Assembly (NCBI GenBank): GCA_964016885.1
Contig: OZ024742.1
Location: 251,720,001-251,784,000, forward strand
Direction: 5' to 3'
From: Eledone cirrhosa
Taxonomy: Eukaryota
DNA length: 64,000 nt
Shown here piece after piece: positions 25,793 through 38,253 of this stretch. Below the pieces are notes generated by a model. That model worked only from the letters and a program-made list of their open reading frames with translations, was not told the origin of the DNA and made no database searches. Made by a program: the position numbers and the translations under genes. The stretch's first letter is position 1; each line of letters starts with the position of its first letter.

Positions 25793-25919
25793 ATATCCAG
25801 TGCTTTTATCGAGAATGACACAGCTAGAGACTTATAGAATACTTAGCTGTGTACAGGAACTGGTTCTAAGTATTCTATAAGTCTCTAGCTGTGTCATTCT
25901 CGATAAAAGCACTGGATAT

Positions 25920-25962
25920 GTAATCCTGATGATTTCTAATAAGAATGAAACGCGTAGGTTAC
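25920..25962 (+). ncRNA. Minimal type I hammerhead ribozyme, inverted copy 4
   Basis: gtaatcctgatgatttctaataagaatgaaacgcgtaggttac read directly on the plus strand. Confidence 0.88.
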
Positions 25963-26142
25963 TTCCCTTGCTTTTATCGAGAATCTCAAATTGTAATACG
26001 TGACGTATTCTATTCTATAGCGATTAGGTCTTCAAAATGTTTATTATAAACATACAGAATATTTTCGAATATTCTATGTTTGTCTTCACATATATATCGC
26101 TATTTCAGAGCATTAAATCCAAATTCTAAAAATATATATATA

Positions 26143-28095
26143 TATTCTTCTTCCCCCACATATTCCTGAGAATGTCGTGAGGGAAGAGTCCTCAAACACT
26201 CCTTCCAGTAGGTCCTCTCGGAAGCAACCGTCTCCAACTGATCTGGCTGGATTCCCAAGCGATACCAGCCAAGTTCATGGATGTTATCCAACCATCTTGC
26301 TCGGGGTCTACCCCCAGGTCTCTTGCCAGTTGGTTTTGCTTGTAAAATCTGTCCAGCGATGATTTCCTGAGACATTCTAACCACATGTCCATAGCATCGA
26401 AGCTGTGATCTCTCAATTCGGAGAGGTAGCGGCCTTACCTGGAGTGACTTTCTGATCTCTCTGAGCTACGCACTCTATCGAGTAACGTTACTCCCAACAC
26501 ATCTTCAGAGGAATCCGGTTGTTTGTATTCACGATCGTACTCTTTCGGTCCTTACCCAAGATTCATGACCATAGGTAAGGGCTGACACGAATACCAAATT
26601 GAAAACAGCGAATTTGGCTTTTATGCTTACTTCCCTTCTGATTACTGTATGCTGAAGCTGCCGCATTACTGCACCAGCTCCTGCAATTCTTGCACTTAAT
26701 TCAGCCTCTTGCCTTCCATCACTCGTGAACACGGTCCTAAGATACTTCAACCTCTCTACCTGCTTCAGTGGAACTCCATTTACATGTAGGGTGTTCTTCC
26801 TTGAGAGAACGAGCGTCTCAGTTTTCGCAGCACTGATTTTTATTCCAGCCACGCAGCACTCGGCATCAAACCTATCGAATGCAAGTCGGAGATCACCTTC
26901 TGCAAATTCCAGTCGACTGATTTTTGCACAAGCCAGTCATGATACCACTTCCAAACCAGGTGCGCATGTCAATCCTGTTCATGTAAATGAACAGGAGATG
27001 ACAGTACGCACCTTTGGCAGATTCCGACTCCCACATTGAATGGTTTTGATTTAGCACCATTTATCCGAACACAAATACATGGGCATTAGTATAGAGACAT
27101 CAGGGCAGTAAGGAGCTGACGATCGATCCCATACTCTTGCACAACTTTCCACAGCAGGTCCCGAGGAACGCCGTCATATGCCTTTTCAAGGTCGACAAAA
27201 CAAGAATATACATCTTGGCAATACTCCCACGATTTCTCAAAAACCTGCCGCAGTGTAAATATTTCCTCGGCTGTGCTGCGTCCGGGGTAAAAACCATACT
27301 GTTCTTCAGTCAACTTGGCCTTGCCACATTTGAGCTCTTTAACTGTTCTTATGACCTCAGATTCAAAGAGATTAGTCACCACTCCCAGATGCACTTCGTA
27401 TACATCAGAAGATGCGGTTGTGGTCGGGTTTAGGAGATCAGCAAAGTATTCTCTCCACCTCGTGAGGAGGCACCTCTCTGTAAAGAGGAGAACCGCAGAC
27501 ACGACGCATTCTTATTAACAGGTGTACAAAGTCGGCGGATGGTCTGCCAGAACTCTTTATTTGCTGATCTAAAGTCGGATTCCAGCTTAACCCCAAAGTC
27601 TTCCCATGTCTTAACTTTGGATGCCTTTACTGATCTCTTCTGCGATTCTTCGTGCCTGCTTGTACCGCAAGTACAAAAAGGAGGACCTATTTCCAAGCCA
27701 ATCTTTGTAAGTCTCCTTCTTTGCACGGATGGCATCTTTGACCTCTTGATTGAATCAAGGGGCCATTCTGCCATCCGGCACCACACCAAGCCTCTTTCGC
27801 CCACAACATTTAACAGCTGAAGCTGAAACTGCTGAGCTGAACAGTCTCCACTCTGTCTCAATGTCCTCAGTTTGCTAAGGGAGTCGTCTAAATTTGGATG
27901 CAATAGTATCTGCATACATGGTCCTGACTTCCTTATCTACCTATGCTTCCCACTTTATCCTTTTAGTTGCCCTGGACTTGATATTTTGTGGGCTTCTTTT
28001 GCTTTAGTTAGTCTCAAGTTGCAGATAACTAGATGGTGATCGGTTGACAGCTCAGCCCCTCTCTTAACACGAACATCCAGCACAGAATCAAAGAT
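26143..28095 (-). mobile_element. RTE-group LINE fragment (degenerate RT, (GAA)n tail)
   Basis: CFVDLEKAYD, LTYGHESW and RPRARWLD motifs, with deletions. Confidence 0.85.
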
Positions 28096-28577
28096 AATAA
28101 TTGATCTTGTTATTGTCTCTGAAACATAGTATATATATATATGTGTGTAACGGAATATTATGTGTGGTTGTAACGATAAGTGGATGGATGGATGTAACTG
28201 TTGGTATGGTGGTTTTGATGTAAAGAAAAATACCAGATTTGTGTTGTTACAAAGTTTATTTTATTATAACAATATTCAATTTGAATATTGAATGATAAAA
28301 TCAATAACACAAAATATTCATACAATAATTTGGTGGCTCTTCGAGCCACGTAAATTCAAGTATCACAGAATACGATTATAATATAATTTGTACTGTATCA
28401 GAAAGGTACAATATGTGTAAACAGAAATGAATGGTGCGTGTACAAATACTGAACTCACTATGAATGCGTGTGTGTGTATCAGTATATTTACTTATTTGTA
28501 TTGCAGGAGTCAGCGATCAGCCAGGAAGGTGAGACTAAGTGGCAGACTGGTTTTTCGTGACGAGAGCTTGTAAATGC

Positions 28578-29655
28578 GATATTCTCCTATTTGCCGGTTT
28601 AAAAATTTACCACGTAAATTTGCCGTTGAAAACTGCGCATTTATTCAGAATGCTTATTTCTTTGGTCGCTGGCCTCTTGACCCTTCCAGGTCAACGCATT
28701 CTCAACATCGACTATCAACTTTGGCTGTTATTTCTAGCACTTTGCGCAACGCATTTTTTTTCTTGGAAAATTTTTACTGTGAATTTAAACATCGAATACG
28801 CTCACTCCGCGAGTCAACAACACAGCTTCATCAACAACCAAAACCAGCAGAACAAGCCAGAGAATTTATTTTTGCAGCACTCTTACTGTGAGAAAATCCC
28901 TTCGGAGGTTGGAAATTTCACGTTATACCACAGACCAGAAACCACCTGCATTCATTCTCTCGAACATACTTTCTTTCCTGCTGTCATGTGATTGCACACA
29001 TGTGAACTGTATTTTGAACATTTGAACGTTGACCGCTTCTTTTACTTTGATTACATTGTATCATTGAGTAATGGATAGATAGTTGTCTGGCCAAGAGCGG
29101 TTGGCTACCTTGATATCTATCATTGATTTTTGCATGCATATATTTTGCTGTTTTCCTTTTATTGCAAACATTTTTTTCCGTAATTTTCATGCGTTACATG
29201 CTCGCCATCTTACTCCATACATGTTTCATTCGATTTTTATGTTTTAAAAATCTGGCGGGAGATAATGTAGCAAGAGTTGCCTCCCTTGTTGTGACGATGA
29301 CATCACCAATAGAGTAACGCTCTCTAGACAGTAAGTAGCTGGAGTTGCTTCCCGTTGGGGTGACAGAGCCCTTTTTGTCACTTCCACCCCAAGACCTATA
29401 AAGGGAATAACTTTCATATCTCTCTCTCTCATTTGCCCTTTTGGCTGCTGGTCTTCGGCCAGGCGCGTTCGCCTGGCAACCCTAACATGGTCTCTTGCGA
29501 GCTCACTTCAAAACGGTAACAAATAACTTTACTTCATTCTTTCATCTACTTTCATTGACATGTCAACAATTCTATACTACTTCAACTTGTTAATTAAACT
29601 TTATATACACAACCTAGTGTCTTGTTATATTCAAACACACCAGTATTTTGTTATA
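28578..29655 (+). mobile_element. 3' half of a non-coding LTR element (internal region, PPT, LTR 29266-29655)
   Basis: 28578-29260 closely matches 31690-32360; PPT tctggcgggagataa followed by tgtagc; LTR related to but diverged from 30726-31065. Confidence 0.75.
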
Positions 29656-29701
29656 TATATATATATACACACATACATTAGTTGAGCTTACACACACACA
29701 T

Positions 29702-29771
<70 letters not shown>

Positions 29772-29920
29772 TTGAGTATGTGTTGGTTGTTTACCGACAC
29801 CTCAGTATGCAGGTTGGAGCACTTAACTAAGTGTGCATGTTGGTTTGTTTACTCCGGAGTAAAGTAAAAATAAGAAGTGTAAGTCAACAGGGTAAAGTTA
29901 GCTTAGTTTATTCACATTCG

Positions 29921-29977
29921 CTGCTATATATATTTCAGTGATAGCCATTATTCAACAGCTATGATCTCATCAGGCAG
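29921..29977 (-). ncRNA. Type I hammerhead ribozyme
   Basis: ctgc-CTGATGA-gatc atagctgtt gaat aatggctat cact-GAAA-tatata-TA-gcag. Confidence 0.72.
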
Positions 29978-30725
29978 TAAGAATTTAAACAGAAAAAACA
30001 ATAAAACATGATGTAATGGATTTTACCTTGTTAATTCATTGATATGCCCAGCTCCTGGGTGTGTGTTAGTCCTGTAGAATGAACGAATTTCAGCGTCTAA
30101 AGGATATGCCCCCACCTCATTGGTCAGTTATCATACCTCCCACTAGCCGAAAGTCTTTTGAAATTCTTCAGAAACAGGTCAGCCTGTTATTATTGCTTTT
30201 AACTGCATGTTTTAGTCCAGTTGACCTACTTCACTGTGGTGGTAGTGGTAGTGGTGTGAGCAGGTCAGTTAGCAGGTCAGCTACAATCCCCTGTTGTGTT
30301 GTCAAGAAGAATTTATGTATGTAGACTAATAGAGTTCAGTGCTTCGCTCTACCACTAGGTCTTATAGTGGGAGATGCTTAAAAAGTTGTGTGTGTTAAAC
30401 CAAATAAAACCTGTGTGTTAAAATCCAGAAGTGTAAAGAATTACAATCCGTATTTTAAGCATTTAGTACACACCCGTAAACGTCCGTCAACACACATCAT
30501 TGTGTGTACACACGTATAAAAACAAGATAAGTGCATTCACAAATCCACATCCACACATTCACACACATCCGTACACATACATGCACGCATACACACAATT
30601 ACATATACGCACACATGGACACAGACTCAAAGGTCCCCCCATAGTGTGTCTTATTTACTTGTAGTATTTAGTACTGGCTCTTGCGTACGAAAGGGGTCAG
30701 GTTTGAGGTAGCATATCTTTCAGAT

Positions 30726-32707
30726 TGTAGCGGTTGTCTCCCTTGTTGTGACTCACAACCCCAATAGATGAACAACATCTAGACGGGAAGTAGAACCCTT
30801 TCTGTAACTTCCGGAAGAGCCCTATAAAACGAATAGCCTTCGGCTCTCTCCCTCTCATTTGCCCTTCCGGCGCCTGGCCTTCGCCAGGCGTCTCGCGTTT
30901 GCCTGGCAATCAAAACGGTAACTACTAACTTTGCTTCATTCTATCATCTATTTCTTTGACATGTCAACTATACTGTTCTATATATATCCATGATTGTTAA
31001 TTAAATAATATACACACAAACCATGTCTCCTTGTTACATTCATACAACCCAGTATCTTCGCTATATTGGTAACCCTGACGTGATACGAACACACAGCCGT
31101 TCATCGCTATAAGTGGTCACCCCGAAAAAAGAAAAAAATAGCAGATCTGGTGTTGTGTGAGTAACATTACGAATACACAGCAAATTTATCGACAAACTAT
31201 GAAAATACTCAAGGAAACGCACACACGCACATGTGAAATTCGCGTTCAGACAGACTTTTTCTCTCACGCAACTGTCGCATTTCACGATATATATACATGT
31301 TTCTCGTTTCTTACAACGAACACTTTCAAAACAAACAAAAAAAAAAAGAAATTTGATATTTTTTAAAAAACATTTCAACAGGAACATTTATTTTCGATGA
31401 ACCATTGCCTTTTTTTTCATCGTTTTCTTCATCGTTCAAGTTTTTTTTTTTTTTCAAAAGTTCACACCAATAATTATGCTGAGTGAAGCCTTTCTTTTTC
31501 ATCATTGTCACTTTCACACTTGCACTATCATTTTCTCGCGCGTTAGAAATATTATTTTTTCAACCTAACTTATCCTTGTATTGGCACGTGTAGGCAGCAC
31601 AAATTCTCAACTCACGGAGATATCTCGACTCACAGAGATAGCCGCACGCCAGAGATAACGTTTCTCGCCAAGGATTCTTCAGCCTTAAGCTATATTCTCC
31701 TATTTGCCGGTTTAAAAATTTACCACGTAAATTTGCCGTTGAAAACTGCGCATTTATTCAGAATGCTTATTTCTTTGGTCGCTGGCCTCTTGACCCTTCC
31801 AGGTCAATGCATTCTCAACATCGACCATCAACTTCGGCTGCTATTTCTAGCACTTTGCGCAACTCAATTTTTCTGAAAAAAATTTTTTTTTTACTGTGAA
31901 TTTAAACACCGAATACGCTCACTCAGCGAGACATCAACAGCAACACAGCTTCACCAACAACCAAAACCAGCAGAACAAGCCAGAGAATTTATTTTTGCAG
32001 CACTCTTCCTGTGAGAAAATCCATTCGGAGGTTGGAAATTTCACGATATACCACAGAACACAAACCACCTGCATTCATTCCCTGGAACACTTTCTTTCCT
32101 GCTGTCATGTGATTGCACACCTGTGAACTATATTTTGTACATTTGAACTTTGAGCCCTTCTCTTACTTTATTACATTGTATCTTTGGGTGATGGATAGAT
32201 AGATGTCTAGTCGTTCTCTGGCCAAGAGCGGTTGGCTACCTTGATATCTATCATTGATTTTTGCAAACATTCTTTTGTCGTAATTTTCATGCCTGTTACA
32301 ACATTCTCGCCAACTTGCTACATATTTTCATTCGATTTTTATATTCTAAAATTCTGGCGGGAGGTTGTGTAGCGGTTGTCTCCCTTGTTGTGACTCACAA
32401 CCCCAATAGATGAACAACATCTAGACGGGAAGTAGAACCCTTTCTGTAACTTCCGGAAGAGCCCTATAAAACGAATAGCCTTCGGCTCTCTCCCTCTCAT
32501 TTGCCCTTCCGGCGCCTGGCCTTCGCCAGGCGTCTCGCGTTTGCCTGGCAATCAAAACGGTAACTACTAACTTTGCTTCATTCTATCATCTATTACTTTG
32601 ACATGTCAACTATACTGTTCTATATATATCCATGATTGTTAATTAAATAATATACACACAAACCATGTCTCCTTGTTACATTCATACAACCCAGTATCTT
32701 CGCTATA
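30726..32707 (+). mobile_element. Young non-autonomous LTR retroelement (TRIM/LARD-like, CsRn1-type signals)
   Basis: 340-bp LTRs at 30726-31065 and 32368-32707 with ~1 visible difference; AGAT TSD; PBS tggtaaccctgacgtgat (tRNA-Trp-like) at 31067; PPT ctggcgggagg; no internal coding. Confidence 0.9.
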
Positions 32708-33091
32708 AGATAATCGGATCAAAAGCCAGGTTTTGGGTGGTGAAGCCCGGAGGTCGGAAACGTGGGGTGCCTGGTTGCACACAGGGTCGGACTCGTCAAC
32801 GTACGTTGCCTCGCTAATTATCTAGTGTCCGCTAACTTGGGTTCAAGTTAAGGAAGTGAGAGAGAAGGGTGGACCACAGCGGTGTGAGGTACGGTTCTAG
32901 CTGTTAGGTAAGTGTGGTGTTATAAATGCTATTCGAGACGAGATGAGAGGGGAAGAGATAGGTATAGGGGTGGGTTTTATGTCCCGGGTCTCGGTGTGAC
33001 AGGGTTGCTATTCATATAGCTTGAGGGAAGTTCGCGTCCTAAGGGGTTGCTATCCATATAGCTTGAGGGAAGTTCCCGTCCTAAGGGGTTG

Positions 33092-33367
33092 CTATCCATA
33101 TAGCTTGAGGAAGGTTTCCACCCTATAGTGTCTACAGGTACCAAAGAAATTGGTCCTAAGATTGATTAGGTTACTCCCACCACTGAATATCTCCAGAGTC
33201 TCACTCAGACAGGGGTTGCAGGTGCCAGATCCCCCTCCGTCAGGTGGCACCTCCCTAATCTTGGACCAGTACGGGGTCTTGTCCAGCTTGAGCTTCCAGA
33301 TCAGTTCGGAAAGAGCTATCCTATTAAAAGAATGGCAGTGGTTATACCATCTGTCCTTGAAGCTCAT
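33092..33367 (-). pseudogene. Penelope/Neptune GIY-YIG endonuclease C-terminal remnant
   Basis: FKDRWYNH..SF...LSELIWKLK...CNPCLSE...LINLRTNFFGTCRH resembles the PLE C-terminus (CxLCLxE...LLNxRxE...CRH). Confidence 0.75.
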
Positions 33368-33549
33368 CGATGTAAAGCTGCTCCGTGTTGGGGGTTGTAA
33401 CTTTGGACGCTGAAATTAGTTCATTCTTAATCATATGCTTCCAGTTTCCTAGAGGGCTAACAACACACCCAGGAGCTGGGCATATCAATGAATTAACAAG
33501 GTAAAATCCATTACATCATATTTTCCTGTTTTTTCTGTTTAAATTCTTA

Positions 33550-33610
33550 CCGCCTGATGAGATCATAGCTGTTGAATAATGGCTATCACTGAAATATATA
33601 TATATAGCAG
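33550..33610 (+). ncRNA. Type I hammerhead ribozyme, inverted partner of 29921-29977
   Basis: ccgc-CTGATGA-same stem II-GAAA-(TA)n-gcag; one stem I mismatch; TA-expanded stem III. Confidence 0.62.
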
Positions 33611-34141
33611 CGAATGTGAATAAACTAAGGTAACTTTACCCTGTTGACTTACACTTCTTATTTTTACATTACTCCGGAGTAAACAAACCAACCTGCGCAC
33701 TTAGTTGACTTACACTTCTTATATATATATATAACCATCCTCAAATATAACTATCAGTGGGTATGGTGTGGTGTGCGGTGACCGGAGGCTGGGGAGTGCT
33801 CAACCGGAAGAGTGCTTGACCGGAAGGGTGCTTGACCGGAAGAGCCAGCAGGTCTGCCTCTCTCTAGGGTGGTCAGCGAACGTGGTGGACGTCAGCTTTG
33901 GAGCTCCCGGTTAACGAATTGGATTGTACGCACATGGGAGAGGAGAAACCAGCCATTGGATTAGCGGTGCCAGCGATAAGCGGTAAGTGAGGTAGCTTTT
34001 TCTAACCATAAGCTATTTCGGCACTGGAAACTGATATCTGATTGATAAAAAAAAAAAAGAACTTTCTCGAAAACAAAGCTACTGGAAAAACAGAGAGGAG
34101 TCTGTTGTTCTTTATTACTTACCGCAGGACAAAATTAGGAT

Positions 34142-34905
34142 ATGGCGACGAGATTACGAATGAGCGGAGAAGCGATTATAGCATTTACCGGAGAAGGCGA
34201 TGCTGTCGCCTGGTTGCGAAAAGTCCGGCTTGTCGCAAGCTTACAGAAGATAGAAGATGTGGCTGGCCTCATGGCACTGTACCTCGAAGGGGATGCGTTG
34301 GCACTCTTCCTAGAGATGGATGAACACAGCCAAAGGGATGCGCAAAAGATTGAGAGGCGTATGATGGAAGCGTTCGCGGAAGGACCGTTAGCCGCTTTTG
34401 TTAAGCTGGCAAGGATTAGATGGAACGGTGAACGCGTTGACATTTTCGCAGCGGAAATACGGCGATTGACCATGTTGGCTGGATATCAGGTGGAATGCGA
34501 ACGCACGGTGCGGTTGGCGTTCATAAACGGATTTCCAGACGACATAACGGTGAAACTGCAGCAACTCCCGGGTTACAAGGAAATGGAGATGCGTGCACTG
34601 GTGGAGCAAGCCCGCATCATAGCAGAAGATTCCAAGAAGAGTGTCGCGGCGATAGCAATGACAGAGGCCAAGGCAGCCGGCAGCGAAATGGTGAAAGGGA
34701 GGCAACCACGGCACGCGGTCGCCTGCGAACGTTTAGAGGTCGCTGTTTTAGGTGCCAGGGCCCGCACATGGCGAGAGACTGTAAAAAGTCAAGGCCGGAC
34801 AAAATATGCTACCGGTGTAAGCGACCAGGCCACATCGCTACTAGCTGCGACCAGGGAAACGATTCAAGGGGAACTACTGCGCCGGTAGCTGCCCCTTACG
34901 AGTAG
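34142..34905 (+). pseudogene. gag: Gag with two zinc knuckles (frameshifted)
   Basis: ORF 34142 capsid-like region; CFRCQGPHMARDC and CYRCKRPGHIATSC lie in a shifted frame. Confidence 0.85.
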
Positions 34906-34916
34906 AGGCGCTTCCC

Positions 34917-37600
34917 GTGGTGAAAGTCTTCGTGAGGGGAAAGCCACAGCGAGCTCTCGTGGGCACGGGCTGTACGACGACACTGGTGACCGTGGGGGTG
35001 GCGCAGAGGTGGAGAGGGAAGAGCAGCGTAAGGGCAGTCGACGGTAGGAAAATTGAATGCCGAGGTCGCAGCAAAGTGGAGATGGCGGTACGGGGAAAGA
35101 AAATAAGGCTTTCTGCCATCGTAGTCGACAACGTGGTGGATGGGATCGGTGTAGTAATGGGAATGGACGCAATTGGCCGTCTAGGAGGCGTCACAGTGAA
35201 CAACGTCGGTGTGTCGTTTGACGGCGCCGCATCGGTATGCGCTGTGAGTACGCGACAGGAGAACCAGAAGGCCCGCGAGGAGAAATATCCCGCTTACACT
35301 GTACAGGATAAAGACTTCAAGGCCGTGTTCGATGGGTTGTTGAGTGGTACTGGAAGGGAGAACCACCAACACTGAAGACCAAAGTGGGCTGCTATCAACA
35401 CACATTGAAGGGAGACATTAGGAGCGAGTTTGAGCGAGAGGTAGAGAGATGGATTGAGGAGGGCATGCTGCTTCCCTGGAAAGAGGAGGTGAAGTGCAGA
35501 GTATTGCCGTTAATGGCGGTGACGCAACCCACGAAGAACAAGGTGAGGCCGGTACTGGACTTTCAGGAGCTGAACGAGCACGTGTCATGCCACACGGGTG
35601 GCGAGGTCATGGATGTCTGTGGAGAAACCCTGCGTGAGTGGAGACGCATGACGGGGGCTTCCGCAATCGTTGATCTAAAGTCGGCATACTTACAATTACA
35701 CATAGATGAGAAGCTCTGGCAGTATCAGCTGGTCAGGTTTAAGGGCCGGACATATTGCCTGACCAGGCTCGGTTTCGGGCTGAGCTCTGCACCGAAGATC
35801 ATGGCGGCGGTCCTCAAGACTATTCTGGGAAAGGCCGACAAGATGAAGAGGGCCACTAATTCCTACATTGACGACATCCTAGTGGACGAGTCTGTAGTGT
35901 CGGCGGCGGAGGTCACGAGTCATTTACATGAGTATGGATTGGCTGCGAAGCCGTCAGAAGCGTTGGAGGGAGGAGCCGCGCTGGGACGTAGATAGGACGG
36001 GCGTCTTAGTATTCCAGAGGGGAAATGAAGTTCCAGAACTGGGCCCAAGTATGAGTAGGCGGGAGATTTTCTTGGCATCTGGAAAGTTGGTGGGTCACTA
36101 CCCGATTGCTGGGTGGCTCAGGACGGCATGCAGCTATGTCAAGAGACGAGCGGGCGGGGTGACTTGGAGTGACAGGGTGGGAGAGAGAACGGTGGCCATG
36201 ATGCAGGAGATCGTGGAGAGGGTGAAGGTCAACGACCCAGTGCGGGGACGCTGGTATGTTCCCAAATCGCAGAGCGGGACCGTATGGTGCGATGCCAGCA
36301 GCATAGCGCTAGGTGTCATGTTGGAGATAGGAGGTGTTGAGGTCGAGGATGCAGCCTGGCTTAGGAAGAAGGACGATTGCAACCACACCAATGTGGCCGA
36401 ACTGGACGCGGTGTTGAGAGGGGTGAACCTCGCCCTGAGGTGGGGACTGCGCACCATCGAGATTCACACCGACTCAGCTACTGTACTCGAATGGGTGAGA
36501 TCAGTGCTCAAGAGTGAGAAGAGAGTGCGAACGAGAGGGGCGGCGGAGATGCTGATAAAGCGCCGCCTGGGAACTTTAGGAGAGATGGCCACCGAGTTCG
36601 ACCTGAGGCTGAGAGTAGTTTTCGTGCCCTCAGAGAAAAATAGGGCGGGCGTTTTAAACAGGGTGAAGAAAGCCTGGATGGAAGCGCCGGGGGATGTAGA
36701 AGGGGAGATAGCTGCCGTGTGTCGGCTGACCGAGTTGGATCAGAAAGGGTTGCATGACATGCACAACATGGGAGTTGATAGGACTCTGTTCCTAGCCAGG
36801 AGAATCGACTCGGACGTTAACAGACATAGTGTTGAAAGAGTGGTTAGAGGCTGCGTCCGATGTCAATCCATTGATCCCGCCCCGGGTGTGCACGAAACGG
36901 GAAGCCTACCGGTGGATCGCGACTGGAAGCGATTGGCGGTGGATGTAACACACTACCGACAAGGAACATACCTCTCAATGGTCGACTGTGGGCCGGGACG
37001 GATGGTGATATGGAGGGAGATGAAGACTGGAACGGCCGAGGAAATCACGCGGTCGTTGAGAGAGGTGTTCTAGGAGCGGGGCCCTGTGGACGAACTGCTG
37101 ATGGACAACAGCGCAGCGTTCCGCTCGGGGGCGCTGAGAGAGATGCTTGATGGATGGAAGGTGGACCGTTTCTTCAGAGCAGCGTACACGCCGAGCGGAA
37201 ATGGAATCGTGGAGCGACACCACCGGACGATCAAAGCAATGGCGATGCGGGGCCACATCTCACCAATGGAGGCAGTGTTCTGGTACAACATGTCTCCCCG
37301 GGTGGGACAGGTTGAAGAATCGGTGCCACACAGAGCAGTATTCAGATACGAGTGGCGGCACCCGTGCACGACACCACAACGGTCAGTGGAGAGAGAGAAT
37401 GCATTTGTGCAGGTGGGCGAAGAAGTCTGGGTTAAGCCCCAACATGCACGTTGCACATCTCAATGAGGAAGGGGAACGGTGACGACCGTAAATTCCCAGA
37501 ACAATGTGTCCGTGGACGAAGTACCACGTCATGTCCTGGATGTCTGTAGAATTACTGTGTCAACGGACTCCGAGGAAGTGGAAACCCAAAGTGCCGCCCC
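34917..37600 (+). pseudogene. pol: Pol: protease, RT, RNase H, integrase (frameshifts and stops)
   Basis: ALVGTG (mutated DTG), DLKSAYLQ...YIDD, WCDASS...AELDA...TDS, HHCC and D..DN..NGIVERHHRTIK. Confidence 0.9.
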
Positions 37601-38003
37601 AACACTGCGGATATCGCAAACCACCAACCTGGACAGCAGACTTTCATATGCAGCAGGACGAGGTGGAAATTGATCCTTGAGATCAGGGGGGCGTGTTGGT
37701 ATGGTGTGGTGTGCGGTGGCCGGAGGCTGGGGAGTGCTCAACCGGAAGAGTGCTTGACCGGAAGGGTGCTTGACCGGAAGGGTGCTCGACCGGAAGGGCC
37801 AGCAGGTCTGCCTCTCTCTAGGGTGGTCAGTGAACGTGGTGGACGTCAGCTTTGGAGCTCCCGGTTAACGAGTTGGATTGTACGCACGTGGGAGAGGAGA
37901 AACCAGGCATTGGATTAGCGGTGCCAGCGATAAGTGGTAAGTGACGTAGCTTTTTCTAACCACACTATCACAGCACACACACACACACACACATATGTAT
38001 ATA

Positions 38004-38253
38004 TATGGCTCAATGGTAAGTTTTGTTACTCTGGTGCTTCACGCACACTCACAGGATCATTAGACAAGACTAAATTTTCGATAACAGCGACAGTATAAAG
38101 GGAAACTCACGCATTCAAAAACACCTAACCTCTCACACCCTCTCACTTGAGTTTTCCCCTATTTATACTGTCTCTATTATCGAACATTTAGTCTTGTCTG
38201 ATGATCCTGTGAATGTACAGGTGAAACTCCAGAGTAACAAGGCTCACCACTGA

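Larger units (their letters stand above)
25001..26129. mobile_element. Hammerhead-containing 312-bp tandem repeat (retrozyme-like), ~2.8 direct copies plus one inverted copy
   Basis: Units start at 25001, 25313 and 25625; 25866-26129 is the reverse complement; one hammerhead per unit. Confidence 0.85.
29822..33707. mobile_element. Penelope-like element remnant with inverted hammerhead-bearing pLTR arms, interrupted by an LTR element
   Basis: 29822-30105 is approximately the reverse complement of 33400-33707; GIY-YIG remnant at 33092-33367. Confidence 0.75.
33756..37964 (+). mobile_element. Ty3/Gypsy LTR retrotransposon, full structure, decayed ORFs
   Basis: LTRs 33756-34010 and 37694-37964; CTATC TSD; PPT aggggggcg; domain order gag-PR-RT-RH-IN. 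Confidence 0.93.

Noticed and set aside
25001-25865. CRISPR-like array
   Set aside because: Whole 312-bp units repeat with no unique spacers; eukaryotic context
28146-28575. Minus-strand solo LTR, with hairpin gtggctcttcgagccac as a histone stem-loop
   Set aside because: Only one LTR-like end (tgtaac) and no TSD found; the hairpin does not fit the histone loop consensus
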